Shown here piece by piece: positions 51,261 through 61,769 of a stretch of DNA of 64,000 bases. Location of the stretch: positions 585,822-649,821 of the forward strand of contig CAVYNY010000013.1 in NCBI GenBank assembly GCA_963769935.1, written 5' to 3'. Origin of the DNA: an uncultured delta proteobacterium. GTDB lineage: Bacteria > Desulfobacterota > Desulfobacteria > Desulfobacterales > JAFDCJ01. A program made the translations under genes and the position numbers. Within the stretch, counting starts at the first letter, position 1, and every line of letters begins with the position of its first letter. The notes below the pieces were generated by a model. It was not told the DNA's origin and did no database searches. It worked only from the letters and a program-made list of their open reading frames with translations.

Positions 51261-52622
51261 TCAGGCGGGATTTATTCCATACTCTTTTAATTTGAGCTGC
51301 AGGGTGCGGCGGCTGATGCCCAGAATGTCCGCGGCATGGGTGCGATTGCCGCCCGTTTCGTCCAATGTCCTCAAGATCATTTCTTTTTCCACTTCCTTCA
51401 AGGATCGGCCGGCTGAAAGATTCAGACTCGGCTCTTTGAGTTCCACATCGAGTTCTTTCAAATTTTCGGGAAATTCCAGGGGGGTGATCATTTCGCCCCG
51501 CGCCATGATAACCGCCCGCTCGACGACGTTTTCGAGCTCGCGGACATTACCCGACCAGTCATAGCGCATCAATAAATCCATGGCGCGCGGTGTAAAGCCT
51601 TTGATTACCCGTCTATTCTTTTCCGCAAAATGTTTTAGAAAAAAATCCGCCAGCAGCGGGATGTCCTCGCGGCGTTCCCTTAAAGGCGGAACCGCGATGG
51701 TAACCACGTTAATGCGATAATAGAGATCCTCCCGGAACCGGCCTTGCCGGATCTCTTCCTCCAGGTTTTTATTGGTGGCGGCGATCACGCGGGTGTCGAC
51801 TTTGATTGTCTGGGTGCTGCCGATGGGTTCAAACTCACGTTCCTGAAGTACTCTGAGAATCTTCGCCTGGGTGGTAGGCGACATCTCTCCGATTTCATCC
51901 AACAGGATCGAACTGTTATGGGCCAGCTGAAAGCGCCCCTGTCTGCGCGCCGCGGCGCCGGTGAAGGCGCCTTTCTCATGGCCGAACAATTCGCTTTCCA
52001 GCAGCGTCTCGGGCAGGGCGGCACAATTGACTTTGATGAAAGGCCGCTGCGCCCGGGCGCTGTTCTGGTGAATCGCATTGGCTATCAACTCTTTGCCGGT
52101 GCCGCTTTCGCCGATAATCAGTACGCTTGCCTCCGTTGGGGCCACCAGAGCCATGGTTTCAAATAATTGTTTCATGGCGGGGCTGCGGCCGATAATGTTG
52201 GAAAAATCAAAGCGATCGTTCAGCTGCTCCTTGAGGTAAAGGTTCTCCTGTTCAAGCTTTTGAAACCGCAAGGCCTTGGCCACCAGAATTTTGAGCTCTT
52301 CAATGTCAAGCGGTTTGGTCAGATAATCGTAGGCGCCTGATTTGAGAGCGTCGATGGCCGTATTCACGGAGGCATAGGCCGTCATGATGATAATCGGAAT
52401 CCCCGGGCTGATGTCCTTGATTTTCTGCAGCGCCTCGATTCCGCTGAGGCCCGGCATGCGGATGTCCATTAAAATCAGGTCATAAAATTTCTCTTCAACA
52501 GCCTGCACCGCCTGATTGCCGTCGGCTGCTTCCCTGATTTCATAGCCTTCGGTGGACAAAACCGCCGTTATCATTTGGCGATGGGCGGATTCATCATCCA
52601 CCACGAGAATTTTTGGTTTCAT
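51261..52622 (-). CDS. zraR: sigma54-dependent response regulator (ZraR/NtrC family)
   Basis: Receiver domain; GESGTGKE; ESELFGHEKGAFTGA; FREDLYYR; Fis HTH. Confidence 0.88.
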   Translation of the reverse strand: MKPKILVVDDESAHRQMITAVLSTEGYEIREAADGNQAVQAVEEKFYDLILMDIRMPGLSGIEALQKIKDISPGIPIIIMTAYASVNTAIDALKSGAYDYLTKPLDIEELKILVAKALRFQKLEQENLYLKEQLNDRFDFSNIIGRSPAMKQLFETMALVAPTEASVLIIGESGTGKELIANAIHQNSARAQRPFIKVNCAALPETLLESELFGHEKGAFTGAAARRQGRFQLAHNSSILLDEIGEMSPTTQAKILRVLQEREFEPIGSTQTIKVDTRVIAATNKNLEEEIRQGRFREDLYYRINVVTIAVPPLRERREDIPLLADFFLKHFAEKNRRVIKGFTPRAMDLLMRYDWSGNVRELENVVERAVIMARGEMITPLEFPENLKELDVELKEPSLNLSAGRSLKEVEKEMILRTLDETGGNRTHAADILGISRRTLQLKLKEYGINPA

Positions 52623-52791
52623 GGCTCAATTATTCCAAGCTTTGAATAGGTCTGTTTATACACAGCGTCATAATTAATGCAGTATTCGCCTTTTTGTGGT
52701 TGGTTTATAGCCTACCGTACCGGGCCAAATAGAAAGAACGCTGTGTATGTATGCACAATGATTTAAGTCGTCATGTATAACTCTTCGTTTC

Positions 52792-54545
52792 TCAGGTCGC
52801 TTTGCGAGGTTGACGGTCGATATTGGTCGGTATGATCATGGTAAAGCGACAACCTTTAATGGTTCCGGCAGGCGGGCTTTCAACTTTTATCTCTCCCTGG
52901 TGGTTTTCCACGATTTTATGGACAATCGCCAGTCCCAGACCGGTGCCCTTTTCCCGCGTGGTAAAAAAAGGCTCGAAAATTTTTTCTTTCTGGTTCGGTG
53001 CAATGCCGCAGCCGTTGTCGGCGACCCATATATGGAGACACGATTTATCGGCGTTAAAGTCGGTACCTATTTCGATGCGGCCTCCCTGATCCACAGCTTG
53101 CAGCGCATTTAAAAGAAGATTGAGCAGCGCCTGGGTCATCTGGTTGGCATCCAGCGGAAGTAGGCTGACATCGGCAACTTGGGTTTCGATTTGAACATTG
53201 CGTGAATCCGCCTCGGCCTTCACCAGACGCACCGAATGTTCGATCAGCTCCGTCATATCCGTTGGCGCCAGCTCAGCCTCCATGGGTCGGGCAAAAGTCA
53301 GCAGATCGGTAACCACCCGGTTGATTCGATCGACTTCGGAAACCATGGTGGCGGCATACAGTTGTTCCTGAGGTTTATCCTTCAGGGCATGTCTCAGAAA
53401 CTGGGCGAAACCGCGAATCGAACTTAATGGATTGCGGATCTCATGGGCGATGCCGGCCGCCAATTCCCCGATGGCGGCCAGTTTTTCCGAGCGTCTGACT
53501 TTTTCCTGCAACTTTTTTATTTCACTTAAGTCGCGCAGCACGATCACCGCCCCCTGGCATGTGCCCGCATCATCCCGGATCGGGGTAGCACTCAACGCCA
53601 GGGGAATTACTTCACCGGTTTTTTTCCGGTGCTGAATTTCCTGATCCAGCACGGCCACATAATCCGTAATGGTGCGGCGAATACCGGAAGCGGTGAAATC
53701 AATAACAGAGCTTAAGTCTTGGCCTTTGGCCTCGGATTCCGGGAGATCGAGCAGATCGAGTGCCGGCTGGTTGTAGGAGGCTATTCTGCCCTCGGTATCG
53801 ATGCTCAACAGGCCGTTGGCCATGCTGGCGATGACCTGCCGGGTGTAGTCCTTCGTCTGCTTGAGAGTCTTGTCGACCAGGTAGTAATTCTGGATAACGA
53901 AAATAAAAAAAAGGGCCCCCGACCCCAGCACCAGAATAATGGCGGCCATAATGAAGGCATGCAGGATATCGGCCCGCCGGGCCTGGGCCAGAGGTTCCAT
54001 TTTCATACCCAGGACAATGGTATCACCGCTATGGGAATGCGGCGGCAGACGTGGTTCGAATAACATCTGCGGTTTTGCTGCCGCGTCATGGACGGTTCAT
54101 ACATGGGAGTAAAAAGTTTGGCGAGCTCATAAATCTGATGATTATCTCCGCGCCGCACGATGCGGGTGAGAATCTGATCCGCATCCTTTATTTTCGGGTT
54201 CCAATCGGCTGTTAAACCCTGTTTTGACGGATCCGAGTCATGGATGATTTTGCCGCTCCCGTCTACCAGATAAACGTAGGCAATGTCACTGTCTTTGGCG
54301 GTCTCCTGCAACAGGCTTCCCAGGGAGATTTCCTGCCACATCAGTGATTTCATCCCCGTTCGGGCACTGGCCTCGATCGAACGAATCAGTGCGTCCCCTT
54401 CGCGGTAAAGAAAATGCAAGGCCAGGGACTTTTCACGATCCAGATTGCGATATGTGGATATACTGATCAGGACAAGCAGGAGAAACACTACCGCCACAAT
54501 GGAAAGCGCAGGCAAATACAACTTTTTAATCGGCAAGATTCGCAT
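52792..54545 (-). pseudogene. zraS: ZraS-like sensor histidine kinase, frameshift near 54075
   Basis: TM1/periplasmic part (54003-54545) and TM2-PAS-HisKA-HATPase part (AHEIRNPL, GTGLGL) are in different frames, joined around an A4 run. Confidence 0.8.
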
Positions 54546-54885
54546 ATGCACGTTATAAGTCGGACACGACACCAGGTAAAGGCGTCTACACCGGCAGGTC
54601 TATCCGATTTGATATCACCACGCCGTTGGAAAAGCAAACAGGATAGATGCTTTAAAATTCATTTGTATCACTTTCCGTCATGATTGTAATTGATCCGCTT
54701 GGCCTGCTCCTTCACAGTACAAAATTTATGCCATGATCAAGACGGTCTTTTCGGCCCCCTGGCCGTTTTCTTTAAAGCCTTTACCATGGCACTTTTTCCT
54801 GGTATTGTTTTTTCGTCGTTTTGCAATCCTATGAATCAGCAACGGGCGGATATGATACTGATAGAACAATCGACGAGTCGCCGGA

Positions 54886-55392
54886 ATGCCGCTTAACTCC
54901 AACGCTTCAGCCTCTGAACCCGAGGGGGACCGACGCAGATTCCTGCTGAGACTTTCCTGGACCGGGTTAAGCCTTTTCCTGGCAACTTTTTTGGCCGCGG
55001 TAGTGAAATTTTTTTGGCCGCGGGTTTCCAGTCGGCCCGCCAGGTCATTTCAAGTGGGTTTCCCCGACGATTATCGGCCCGGCCAAGTGGTCTATCTTCC
55101 CGGCCGAAAACTCTTTATCGCTCGCGATGAAAAGGGTTTTTTTTGCCTTTCAGCCCGCTGTACCCACCTGGGTTGTTTGGTGGTCTGGAACAGGGATCAC
55201 CACATGTTCTTATGCCCCTGCCATGGGGGGAAATACGACGCCGAAGGGCGCAATGTGGAAGGCCCTCCACCCCGTCCGCTGGATCTATTTGGCCTCAGAC
55301 TTGATGAAAATGGATTTCTCGTGGTGGATGAGGATACGGTTATCAAACGGGGAAAAGGTCCTGTGCCCCGTTTTCAACCTTTAGCGACTTAA
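54886..55392 (+). CDS. Rieske [2Fe-2S] subunit of a Rieske/cytochrome b complex
   Basis: Tat motif RRRFL plus TM; CTHLGC...CPCHGGKY; GPPPRPL. Confidence 0.93.
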   Translation: MPLNSNASASEPEGDRRRFLLRLSWTGLSLFLATFLAAVVKFFWPRVSSRPARSFQVGFPDDYRPGQVVYLPGRKLFIARDEKGFFCLSARCTHLGCLVVWNRDHHMFLCPCHGGKYDAEGRNVEGPPPRPLDLFGLRLDENGFLVVDEDTVIKRGKGPVPRFQPLAT

Positions 55393-55433
55393 ACCTCAGT
55401 GATACTGCTTGAGCTGTTGATACGAATAAAGGT

Positions 55434-56192
55434 TTGCCGAAGATGACCGGAAAGCTGCCCCCGAAATTTAAGCGTAAAATATTCAGATCCGGCCTGCCCC
55501 GCACTCCGGCAGAGGAGTTGCAAGCGGTGCGCCGGACGGTTTTCCTGCACCTGCATCCGACCCGGATATCTGCCGACAGGATGAAGATCAGCTTTACCTG
55601 GTGCCTCGGAGGAATAAGCTTACTGCTGTTTCTGGTGACGGTCTTCACCGGAGCGCTTTTGATGATCTATTACCGGCCGACGCTGGAAAATGCCTATGCC
55701 GATATATTGGATCTGCGTTATACCGTTTTTCTAGGGGAATTTCTGCGCAACGTTCATCGTTGGGCCGGGCATGGCATCGTGATCACCGTAGTGCTGCATA
55801 TGCTGCGCGTTTTTTACACAGGCTCCTATAAGCCGCCGCGGGAATTCAACTGGATTGTGGGCGTTTGCCTGCTCCTGGCTGTACTCGCCTTTGCTTTTAC
55901 GGGCTATCTGCTGCCTTGGGATCAGATCTCATACTGGGGGACCCGGGTAGGCACCCAACTGCTGCATTCGATCCCCTTCCTTGGGGCTGACGGCCCCTTC
56001 GGCGGGGAGCTGGGACTCAGCTATCATCATGATATAAGCGTCTTGCTGTTGGGAGATTCAGATCTCGGCCCCCGGGCCCTGATCCGATTTTACACGCTGC
56101 ATGTTTTTATTTTACCGCTCCTAACAGGCATCTTTTTAATGGTACATTTCTGGCGCGTTCGCAAGGACGGTCAACTGGCAGCTCGGCTTTAA
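55434..56192 (+). CDS. cytochrome b N-terminal (b6-like) subunit
   Basis: WCLGG (heme ci Cys), RNVHRW, HMLRVF, PREFNW, GYLLPWDQ, RFYTLH...HFW. Confidence 0.93.
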   Translation: MPKMTGKLPPKFKRKIFRSGLPRTPAEELQAVRRTVFLHLHPTRISADRMKISFTWCLGGISLLLFLVTVFTGALLMIYYRPTLENAYADILDLRYTVFLGEFLRNVHRWAGHGIVITVVLHMLRVFYTGSYKPPREFNWIVGVCLLLAVLAFAFTGYLLPWDQISYWGTRVGTQLLHSIPFLGADGPFGGELGLSYHHDISVLLLGDSDLGPRALIRFYTLHVFILPLLTGIFLMVHFWRVRKDGQLAARL

Positions 56193-56278
56193 GGCCGGAG
56201 CCTTGCCCATCACCCGCGCAGCATGGAATAAGGCTTGCCGATATTGCTGAGGCTATCGATGATTCTCAAGGAGAACGA

Positions 56279-57013
56279 TTGTCACAGGAACTACTCAAAA
56301 ACAGGACCGAAGGGGTGAGCACGCAAGATTCTCCCCTCAAGTTGCCGGTCTACCCGGGTTTTGTATTCAAAGAATTTTTGGCGGCGCTTGCGTGTCTGCT
56401 GGTATTGGCCTGGCTGGGGCTGGTGATTAATGCTCCATTAGATGTGCCGGCAGACCCGGACTTTACGCCGAATCCCGCCAAGGCGCCCTGGTATTTTCTC
56501 GGTTTTCAGGAGATGCTTGGTTACTTTGATCCCTGGCTGGCCGGCGTGGTAATTCCGGTTATTATTATAGCGGGTCTGATTTTGGTTCCCCTGCTCGATA
56601 CCGATCCACGAAATGAGGGGTATTATTCCTTCCGGCGTCGAATCTGGGCTGCTCTGCCGTTTACCGCCGGTCTGTTTTTTTTGGCTGCACTAACGGCAAT
56701 GGCGGCCTGGTTCCGTGGAAGCAACTGGGACTGGTACTGGCCCTGGCAGGACTGGAGTATGGCCAGACCGGCGCGAGCGAACTTTCGCAGCCTGCCGAAT
56801 TGGCTAGGCTGGTCGTCGATCGGCATCTATTACCTCATGGGAATGCTTTTACCCTTTGCCTTGTGGCGCAGCCGGTTCGAGAAATGGGGGCGGATTCGCT
56901 GCGCGGTCTACTTTTTTCTGGTTTTGACCATGGGGGCGGTTGTCATCAAGGTGTTGCTGCGCCTGCTTCTGAATGTAAGATATATCGTCCAAACACCATG
57001 GTTTAATATATGA
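56279..57013 (+). CDS. cytochrome b C-terminal (subunit IV-like) protein
   Basis: APL...A.P..TPNPAKAPWYF (PEWY-equivalent); extra C-terminal TMs. Confidence 0.88.
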   Translation: MSQELLKNRTEGVSTQDSPLKLPVYPGFVFKEFLAALACLLVLAWLGLVINAPLDVPADPDFTPNPAKAPWYFLGFQEMLGYFDPWLAGVVIPVIIIAGLILVPLLDTDPRNEGYYSFRRRIWAALPFTAGLFFLAALTAMAAWFRGSNWDWYWPWQDWSMARPARANFRSLPNWLGWSSIGIYYLMGMLLPFALWRSRFEKWGRIRCAVYFFLVLTMGAVVIKVLLRLLLNVRYIVQTPWFNI

Positions 57014-57050
57014 ATCATAGGACGCCGATTACATTACATGAATTTACCGC

Positions 57051-57212
57051 TAAGGGTTCACAAATAAATTAATTCACAGTTTTAGGCGCTGAGGCGCTCT
57101 TGCGGCAAGGCGCGAAAACGCAGGAATATCTGGATATTCCGAGCTTTCGCAACGCAGCCGCAAGAGATGCATCGGCGTATAAAATGTGAAGTCATTTTTG
57201 AGTGAGCCCTAA
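57051..57212. mobile_element. MITE-like palindromic element (about 160 bp)
   Basis: Ends TAAGGGTTCAC / GTGAGCCCTAA; imperfect inverted repeat over the whole length; CTAAG at both borders; partial copy at 38762. Confidence 0.75.
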
Positions 57213-57233
57213 GCCTTCCTGTCTCGGTAAACC

Positions 57234-59153
57234 ATGATGCAAGAGCCTTTGCAAAATAAAAATCCGGGTTTAAGCCGCCATCTGTATATCATATTTGCCC
57301 TGCTCGTTATATCTCTGCTGCTGACCTTGGGGTTAATTCTTCTCCGGGAGGCGAATCCTGAGTGGAAGCGCTATCAGAAGGCGTTTTTCCGCAAAGAGAG
57401 GCAACGCGTAACAAAGGCTTTGGCGGACGCCGACGAAACGCAGCGCAAAATGCTGCAGGAGCGTTTGCACTACCTCGACCAGCCCCATTACGCGATCAAG
57501 CAGATCGTTTTGGCAAACGGCGATCGCGTCGATCGGTGCATAACCTGCCACCTGGATTTAAAACAACTTGAAGAGAAGCATCCGCAAATAGAACGGTTCC
57601 CGTTCGCGGAGTACGGTTGCACGGTCTGCCACGGTGGTGTCGGGAGGGCAACCGAATTGTCCAGGGCGCATTCCACTTTGCGGATTCCCCGCCGGCCGCT
57701 GTATGAATATCTGAAAGTCCGGGCGGCCGGAACTTCGAGCCTTGATCTGTTCAATTACAGCGCCTCGGGAGAGCCGATCCCTTTCACCGGCTCACGCCTC
57801 TGCCTTCGCTGCCATCTGGGTTCCGATCCAAGACATGTGGCACGCTGGCGCAGGCTTAAATTTAAACCCCTGGACGAGGTGAGAAACAAATTGAAGGAGG
57901 TTCAAGGGCGCGGGATAAATTTAGCTGAGTCGCGCTGTCTAGGCTGTCACACGACAGGTTTCAATGAATCAACCGGACGCTACCTGGAGGACCGGGTTAC
58001 CTGTGAAAGCTGTCATGGTCCGGGCGGGTTTTACGCCGAACTTATGGCCGGCGGCAGGGCACAGGAGGGCGCCGAGTTGGCCAGGGCCAATATCCTAAAA
58101 ACCCGCGCCGACAGGGTATGCCTGAACTGCCATACACCCGACCGTCACAACGATTTCGAAGGGGAAGATCTGCCGTCCTCGGTAATCGCCGTCTACCTGG
58201 ACGGAAAACCGGCGCCTGCCTTAGACGGCAAGGCCGTAGAGGATGCCTGGAACCTCGCCCTGGAAGCGAAGGTATCTACCTGGAAATTAAACGACGGTCC
58301 TCCAAAGCCGGGAGCAGAGGTCCTTATTCGCGCTGTTTACGACGATAATAACATTTATTTTGCTTTCCGCTGGCCTGATAAAACCCGCCAGGATCAGATG
58401 GGCCATTGGCTTTTTAAGGATAGGCGATGGCAGGTCGTCGTGGAGTGGCCCGACGCCCTTGCGCTTGATTGGCAGATCACCGAACAGGTGGAAGACTTCC
58501 GCCAGGGCGGCTGTGCTGTCTTATGCCACAGCACCGGCCGTTTCAGAGAATTCCCGCGGATGGCCACCCGGCAGGAGGGCGCCCTCGTGGACGAATGGTA
58601 TTGGAATGCCTTTGCGGCCGAAAGGGCGGGACGTCCCGGCGACGGGTTTCTGGACAACAAGGTAATATTCGTGCCGCAAGGAACTTCCAGGCCCGCCTTT
58701 TTATGGGCGCCGCCTGCTATTTCTGCCGCCCATGCCAGCGATGCCTCAGGCCGGCGAATGCCGGAAACTGTAGGCGGAATTCCGCTCATGCTCAACGCAA
58801 AAGAGATTGAAGGAAGGCCGCCTATTCCCGAATTTTACATAGCGGACGGCCGACAGGTGCCCCTGCAGGCAACCGACAGCGGCACACCGGCGGAAAAAGA
58901 TGTTCCGTTGTATGTTTCCGGCGTTCCCGAGGGAGGAGATTCAGCGGACATCAAAGGCAGGGCATCCTGGTCTGACGGATACTGGACCCTCGAGCTGGGT
59001 AGAGCGTTGCGTACTCCTTACGAACGGGATGCACGGCTTGATCAACCTGAAAAGACATATACCTTCGGACTGGCCGTTTGGGACGGGGCCACCGGAGATC
59101 AGCATCAGGTGGCGACTATCGTCAAGCTGCGTTTTGAGCCCAGGAAAGAGTAA
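57234..59153 (+). CDS. membrane-anchored multiheme cytochrome c with ethylbenzene-dehydrogenase-type (DOMON-like) domain
   Basis: Six CxxCH (CITCH, CTVCH, CLRCH, CLGCH, CESCH, CLNCH) plus CAVLCH; RAVYD..IYF.F.WPD, DEWYW, W.DG.WTLE, GLAVWD motifs. Confidence 0.88.
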   Translation: MMQEPLQNKNPGLSRHLYIIFALLVISLLLTLGLILLREANPEWKRYQKAFFRKERQRVTKALADADETQRKMLQERLHYLDQPHYAIKQIVLANGDRVDRCITCHLDLKQLEEKHPQIERFPFAEYGCTVCHGGVGRATELSRAHSTLRIPRRPLYEYLKVRAAGTSSLDLFNYSASGEPIPFTGSRLCLRCHLGSDPRHVARWRRLKFKPLDEVRNKLKEVQGRGINLAESRCLGCHTTGFNESTGRYLEDRVTCESCHGPGGFYAELMAGGRAQEGAELARANILKTRADRVCLNCHTPDRHNDFEGEDLPSSVIAVYLDGKPAPALDGKAVEDAWNLALEAKVSTWKLNDGPPKPGAEVLIRAVYDDNNIYFAFRWPDKTRQDQMGHWLFKDRRWQVVVEWPDALALDWQITEQVEDFRQGGCAVLCHSTGRFREFPRMATRQEGALVDEWYWNAFAAERAGRPGDGFLDNKVIFVPQGTSRPAFLWAPPAISAAHASDASGRRMPETVGGIPLMLNAKEIEGRPPIPEFYIADGRQVPLQATDSGTPAEKDVPLYVSGVPEGGDSADIKGRASWSDGYWTLELGRALRTPYERDARLDQPEKTYTFGLAVWDGATGDQHQVATIVKLRFEPRKE

Positions 59154-59157
59154 CCGA

Positions 59158-60039
59158 TTACACTTCCGAACCACATTCCCTGCAGAATCTGTCGCCTTTA
59201 TCGATCGGCTCACCGCAATTGCTGCAAAATCTCGATCCCGATCGCTGTTCAACCCGTGACTCGATGGCCTTGTGGATGTCGGGCGAACGACGGCGCGCGG
59301 CAATCTGCCAGATTAAGGCCCCAATGATGATGAAACCACCGACAACAATCGCCGCCAAAGCCCAGTTAAAGCCGAAGCCGGTGCCTGGGACGGCAGGTAA
59401 TGCGGAGGGTTGCACACCGGTATTTGACGGCGGCAAGCTTGTCACCGACATTTGAGCGGTTGCCGTTTCGTAATCCACGTGCGCCGAGAATGGCTGCCCG
59501 GACGGAACGGCTCGCGCCGGGAATGTGTAATATTCAAATCCATCATCCCTCCTTACGACAGATGCCGGGCCGGGTCCGGCGGTAAAGGTGCCGGCTGATG
59601 TCGGCCGCTGTACCATTAATTGAAAATTATTAACGGTTACAGCAGCCAACCAGGTATAGTCAAAAGAGTGTCGGTTTTTATCGACCGTGTATGGGAAATA
59701 GTATTCCACCCTAAAACGCAAATCCGGTGTGGTGAACGTGAGCGTATCGGGAGTATCGGTACTCCAGGAAATATCATCCCTCATGTTGCCGTCCCGGCTT
59801 TCAATACGGGCAACCGCATTGAGCCGGGCGCCTTTGGGTAAAGGAAGGCTGACGGAGGCCGGAAGCCGGGTATCTCCCGGCAGCATGCCTGTCAGCAAAA
59901 CCAGGACGGACGCCTGGTCATAGTCCGGCCATATTTCAATAGTAAGCGAGGCAATGACGGGCGCCGGGTCTTGGGCAAAGCCTGCGGACGCAGGCATCAG
60001 CCCGAATAAAATTAGCAATGTCAATAAGTGGCGTTTCAT
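59158..60039 (-). CDS. exported membrane-anchored protein with C-terminal zinc ribbon
   Basis: Signal peptide; IWPDYD...VLV; C-terminal TM followed by FCSNCG...FCRECG. Confidence 0.8.
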   Translation of the reverse strand: MKRHLLTLLILFGLMPASAGFAQDPAPVIASLTIEIWPDYDQASVLVLLTGMLPGDTRLPASVSLPLPKGARLNAVARIESRDGNMRDDISWSTDTPDTLTFTTPDLRFRVEYYFPYTVDKNRHSFDYTWLAAVTVNNFQLMVQRPTSAGTFTAGPGPASVVRRDDGFEYYTFPARAVPSGQPFSAHVDYETATAQMSVTSLPPSNTGVQPSALPAVPGTGFGFNWALAAIVVGGFIIIGALIWQIAARRRSPDIHKAIESRVEQRSGSRFCSNCGEPIDKGDRFCRECGSEV

Positions 60040-60050
60040 TTTATCCAAGA

Positions 60051-60548
60051 TTACGCGCCGAATTTTCGGTCGATCTCATTTTGAATTTCCGCTGCGGTTG
60101 CTCCCTGAGCATGCATTCGAGACGCTAACTGCGCCTCATCCATACAGATATCTCATGTGGAGGCATGCGTATCGACATAACAGGTCAGCAGGTTTTTATG
60201 GCCGAAGTTTTCCCGGCATCGGCAATAACAATAGAGACGATCAAGCACCTCCGGTATCGCGCGAGCGATCTCGTAGGCATTCCTGACCTTGCCGGTAAAC
60301 ATTTGCGGTGACAGCGTCGGCCTGTCCTCCCGCAGGTTGATGTTTTTCGTCTTCAGTACTGTAACCTCAGAGGATTGGGTGGGTGGTTTTTCTCCCTGAT
60401 ATAGAAAATAAGCCCCGGCAAGAACCAGGACACCACCGGCTATCAGGGCGAGCAAGGGGTACTTAGACATCTTTTTTGACTCCCCTGCCGTTTGTTTTGG
60501 TTTGGTGGTACTTTTTTTCGGCATATGGATTTTCTTCTTTTTTGCCAT
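60051..60548 (-). CDS. CYCxC/PCYCGC-family selenoprotein (UxxC)
   Basis: LYCYCRC...GHKNLLTCYVDTHAST-U-DICMDEAQLASRM...IDRKFGA. TGA at 60153-60155; hairpin GAGGCGC-AGTTA-GCGTCTC 15 nt downstream; the readthrough frame ends just before the next gene. Confidence 0.85.
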
Positions 60549-60848
60549 ATTAATTCTCCTTTTCAGGCGAGCGGTTATCTTTTAATGAATTTTTCAGGTA
60601 TAAGGAAATTTTGCATGCTGTGGCGAGGTAGAAAAGGCAGCAATTTTGACCTTTTCAATTTGTTTTTCTTCCTGTAAAAGATGATGAACGCCGTTTGAAG
60701 TGAGCAGAAGTTAATTCGCATTGTGGACAAACGACCATCGCGAGCGCCTTGATGTAAATATTTTTTCGGAAGCCATGGAGCGTTTCGGCGGTTTTTTAAT
60801 TCCGTACGGGTTTTTAACTCCATACGGATGGAAACATAATAATCTTAC

Positions 60849-61199
60849 TCAATGATTTTCAGCCGGGGCTTCCGCCACCAGAAGGTTCAATCCATAAACC
60901 CCTTTAATCAGCACTTTTTCGCCTTCTGTGAAGGTTTTCCCCCGGGCAGTCGCACACCAGATCTCAGTAGCATATTGGATTTTGCCCTCTGGATCAATAT
61001 TCCGTATCACCACTGCGGTTTTACCCAACATTGCCTCCCTACCGGTGCAAACCCTGCCGTGCAGCGCCTGGAAGATTTTGTAATATAGCAACAAGGAGAC
61101 GGTACAGATGATTAGATATACCACCAAGGCAGTCTTAAAAGGGAAGAACCAAAAAACCGGCAACCCGAAAACCGGGAGAAAAAATATCAGGTGACACAT
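60849..61199 (-). CDS. NfeD-like membrane protein
   Basis: Two TMs, then TGREAMLGKTAVV...EGKI...EIW.A OB-fold motif. Confidence 0.82.
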   Translation of the reverse strand: MCHLIFFLPVFGLPVFWFFPFKTALVVYLIICTVSLLLYYKIFQALHGRVCTGREAMLGKTAVVIRNIDPEGKIQYATEIWCATARGKTFTEGEKVLIKGVYGLNLLVAEAPAENH

Positions 61200-61269
61200 C
61201 GTTAAAGCCTCCGTAGAAAGTTGTTTTCAACAGCAGATTGAATCCGAAACCGATGTTTTCTAAAGGATA

Positions 61270-61677
61270 TTAATATCTACCGGAAATTCTCTGATCCAAT
61301 TCGGCTTCGAGTTTGGAAAGCTCTTCAATTTTCTGATTGATCATTTCCTTGTCCGGCTTCCCGGCGCGATATAAATCCGACAGCTCCTGTCTTTTGGCCC
61401 GGATCTCTGCTCTAAGTCCTTCCGTTTCTTTTTGCTGGTCTTGATAGTTTGGGTTTTGTTGGTTCTGATAGTTTGGGTTCGTGGGTTGGGCTCCCCAAGG
61501 GTTTGAGAAATTTGAGCCATATCCCATCATGCCCTGCCCCTGTCCACCCATAGTCCCATAACCGCCTCCCATGGAACCACCCATGCCGCCGCCCATACCG
61601 CCGCCGGCAAAGCCGATTCCAGCGATCGCTGTAAGAATTGTCATTGATAGTATGACAATTAGATTTTTTCCTTTCAT
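61270..61677 (-). CDS. ZraP/Spy-like periplasmic heavy-metal sensor
   Basis: Signal peptide; Gly/Met-rich segment; LRAEI.AKR.EL...PD...I...EL..L helical hairpin. Confidence 0.75.
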   Translation of the reverse strand: MKGKNLIVILSMTILTAIAGIGFAGGGMGGGMGGSMGGGYGTMGGQGQGMMGYGSNFSNPWGAQPTNPNYQNQQNPNYQDQQKETEGLRAEIRAKRQELSDLYRAGKPDKEMINQKIEELSKLEAELDQRISGRY

Positions 61678-61769
61678 TTCGCGATTCTCCCATTAAAAAT
61701 TCTTTAAGACACATTATCGATGGCCCGGACAACCAGTGTGATCGATTCGGAATTATCCGCTTTAATTGT

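Noticed and set aside
60575..60823. 82-aa ORF between the NfeD and CYCxC genes
   Set aside because: No RBS, motif or convincing composition; probably non-coding.
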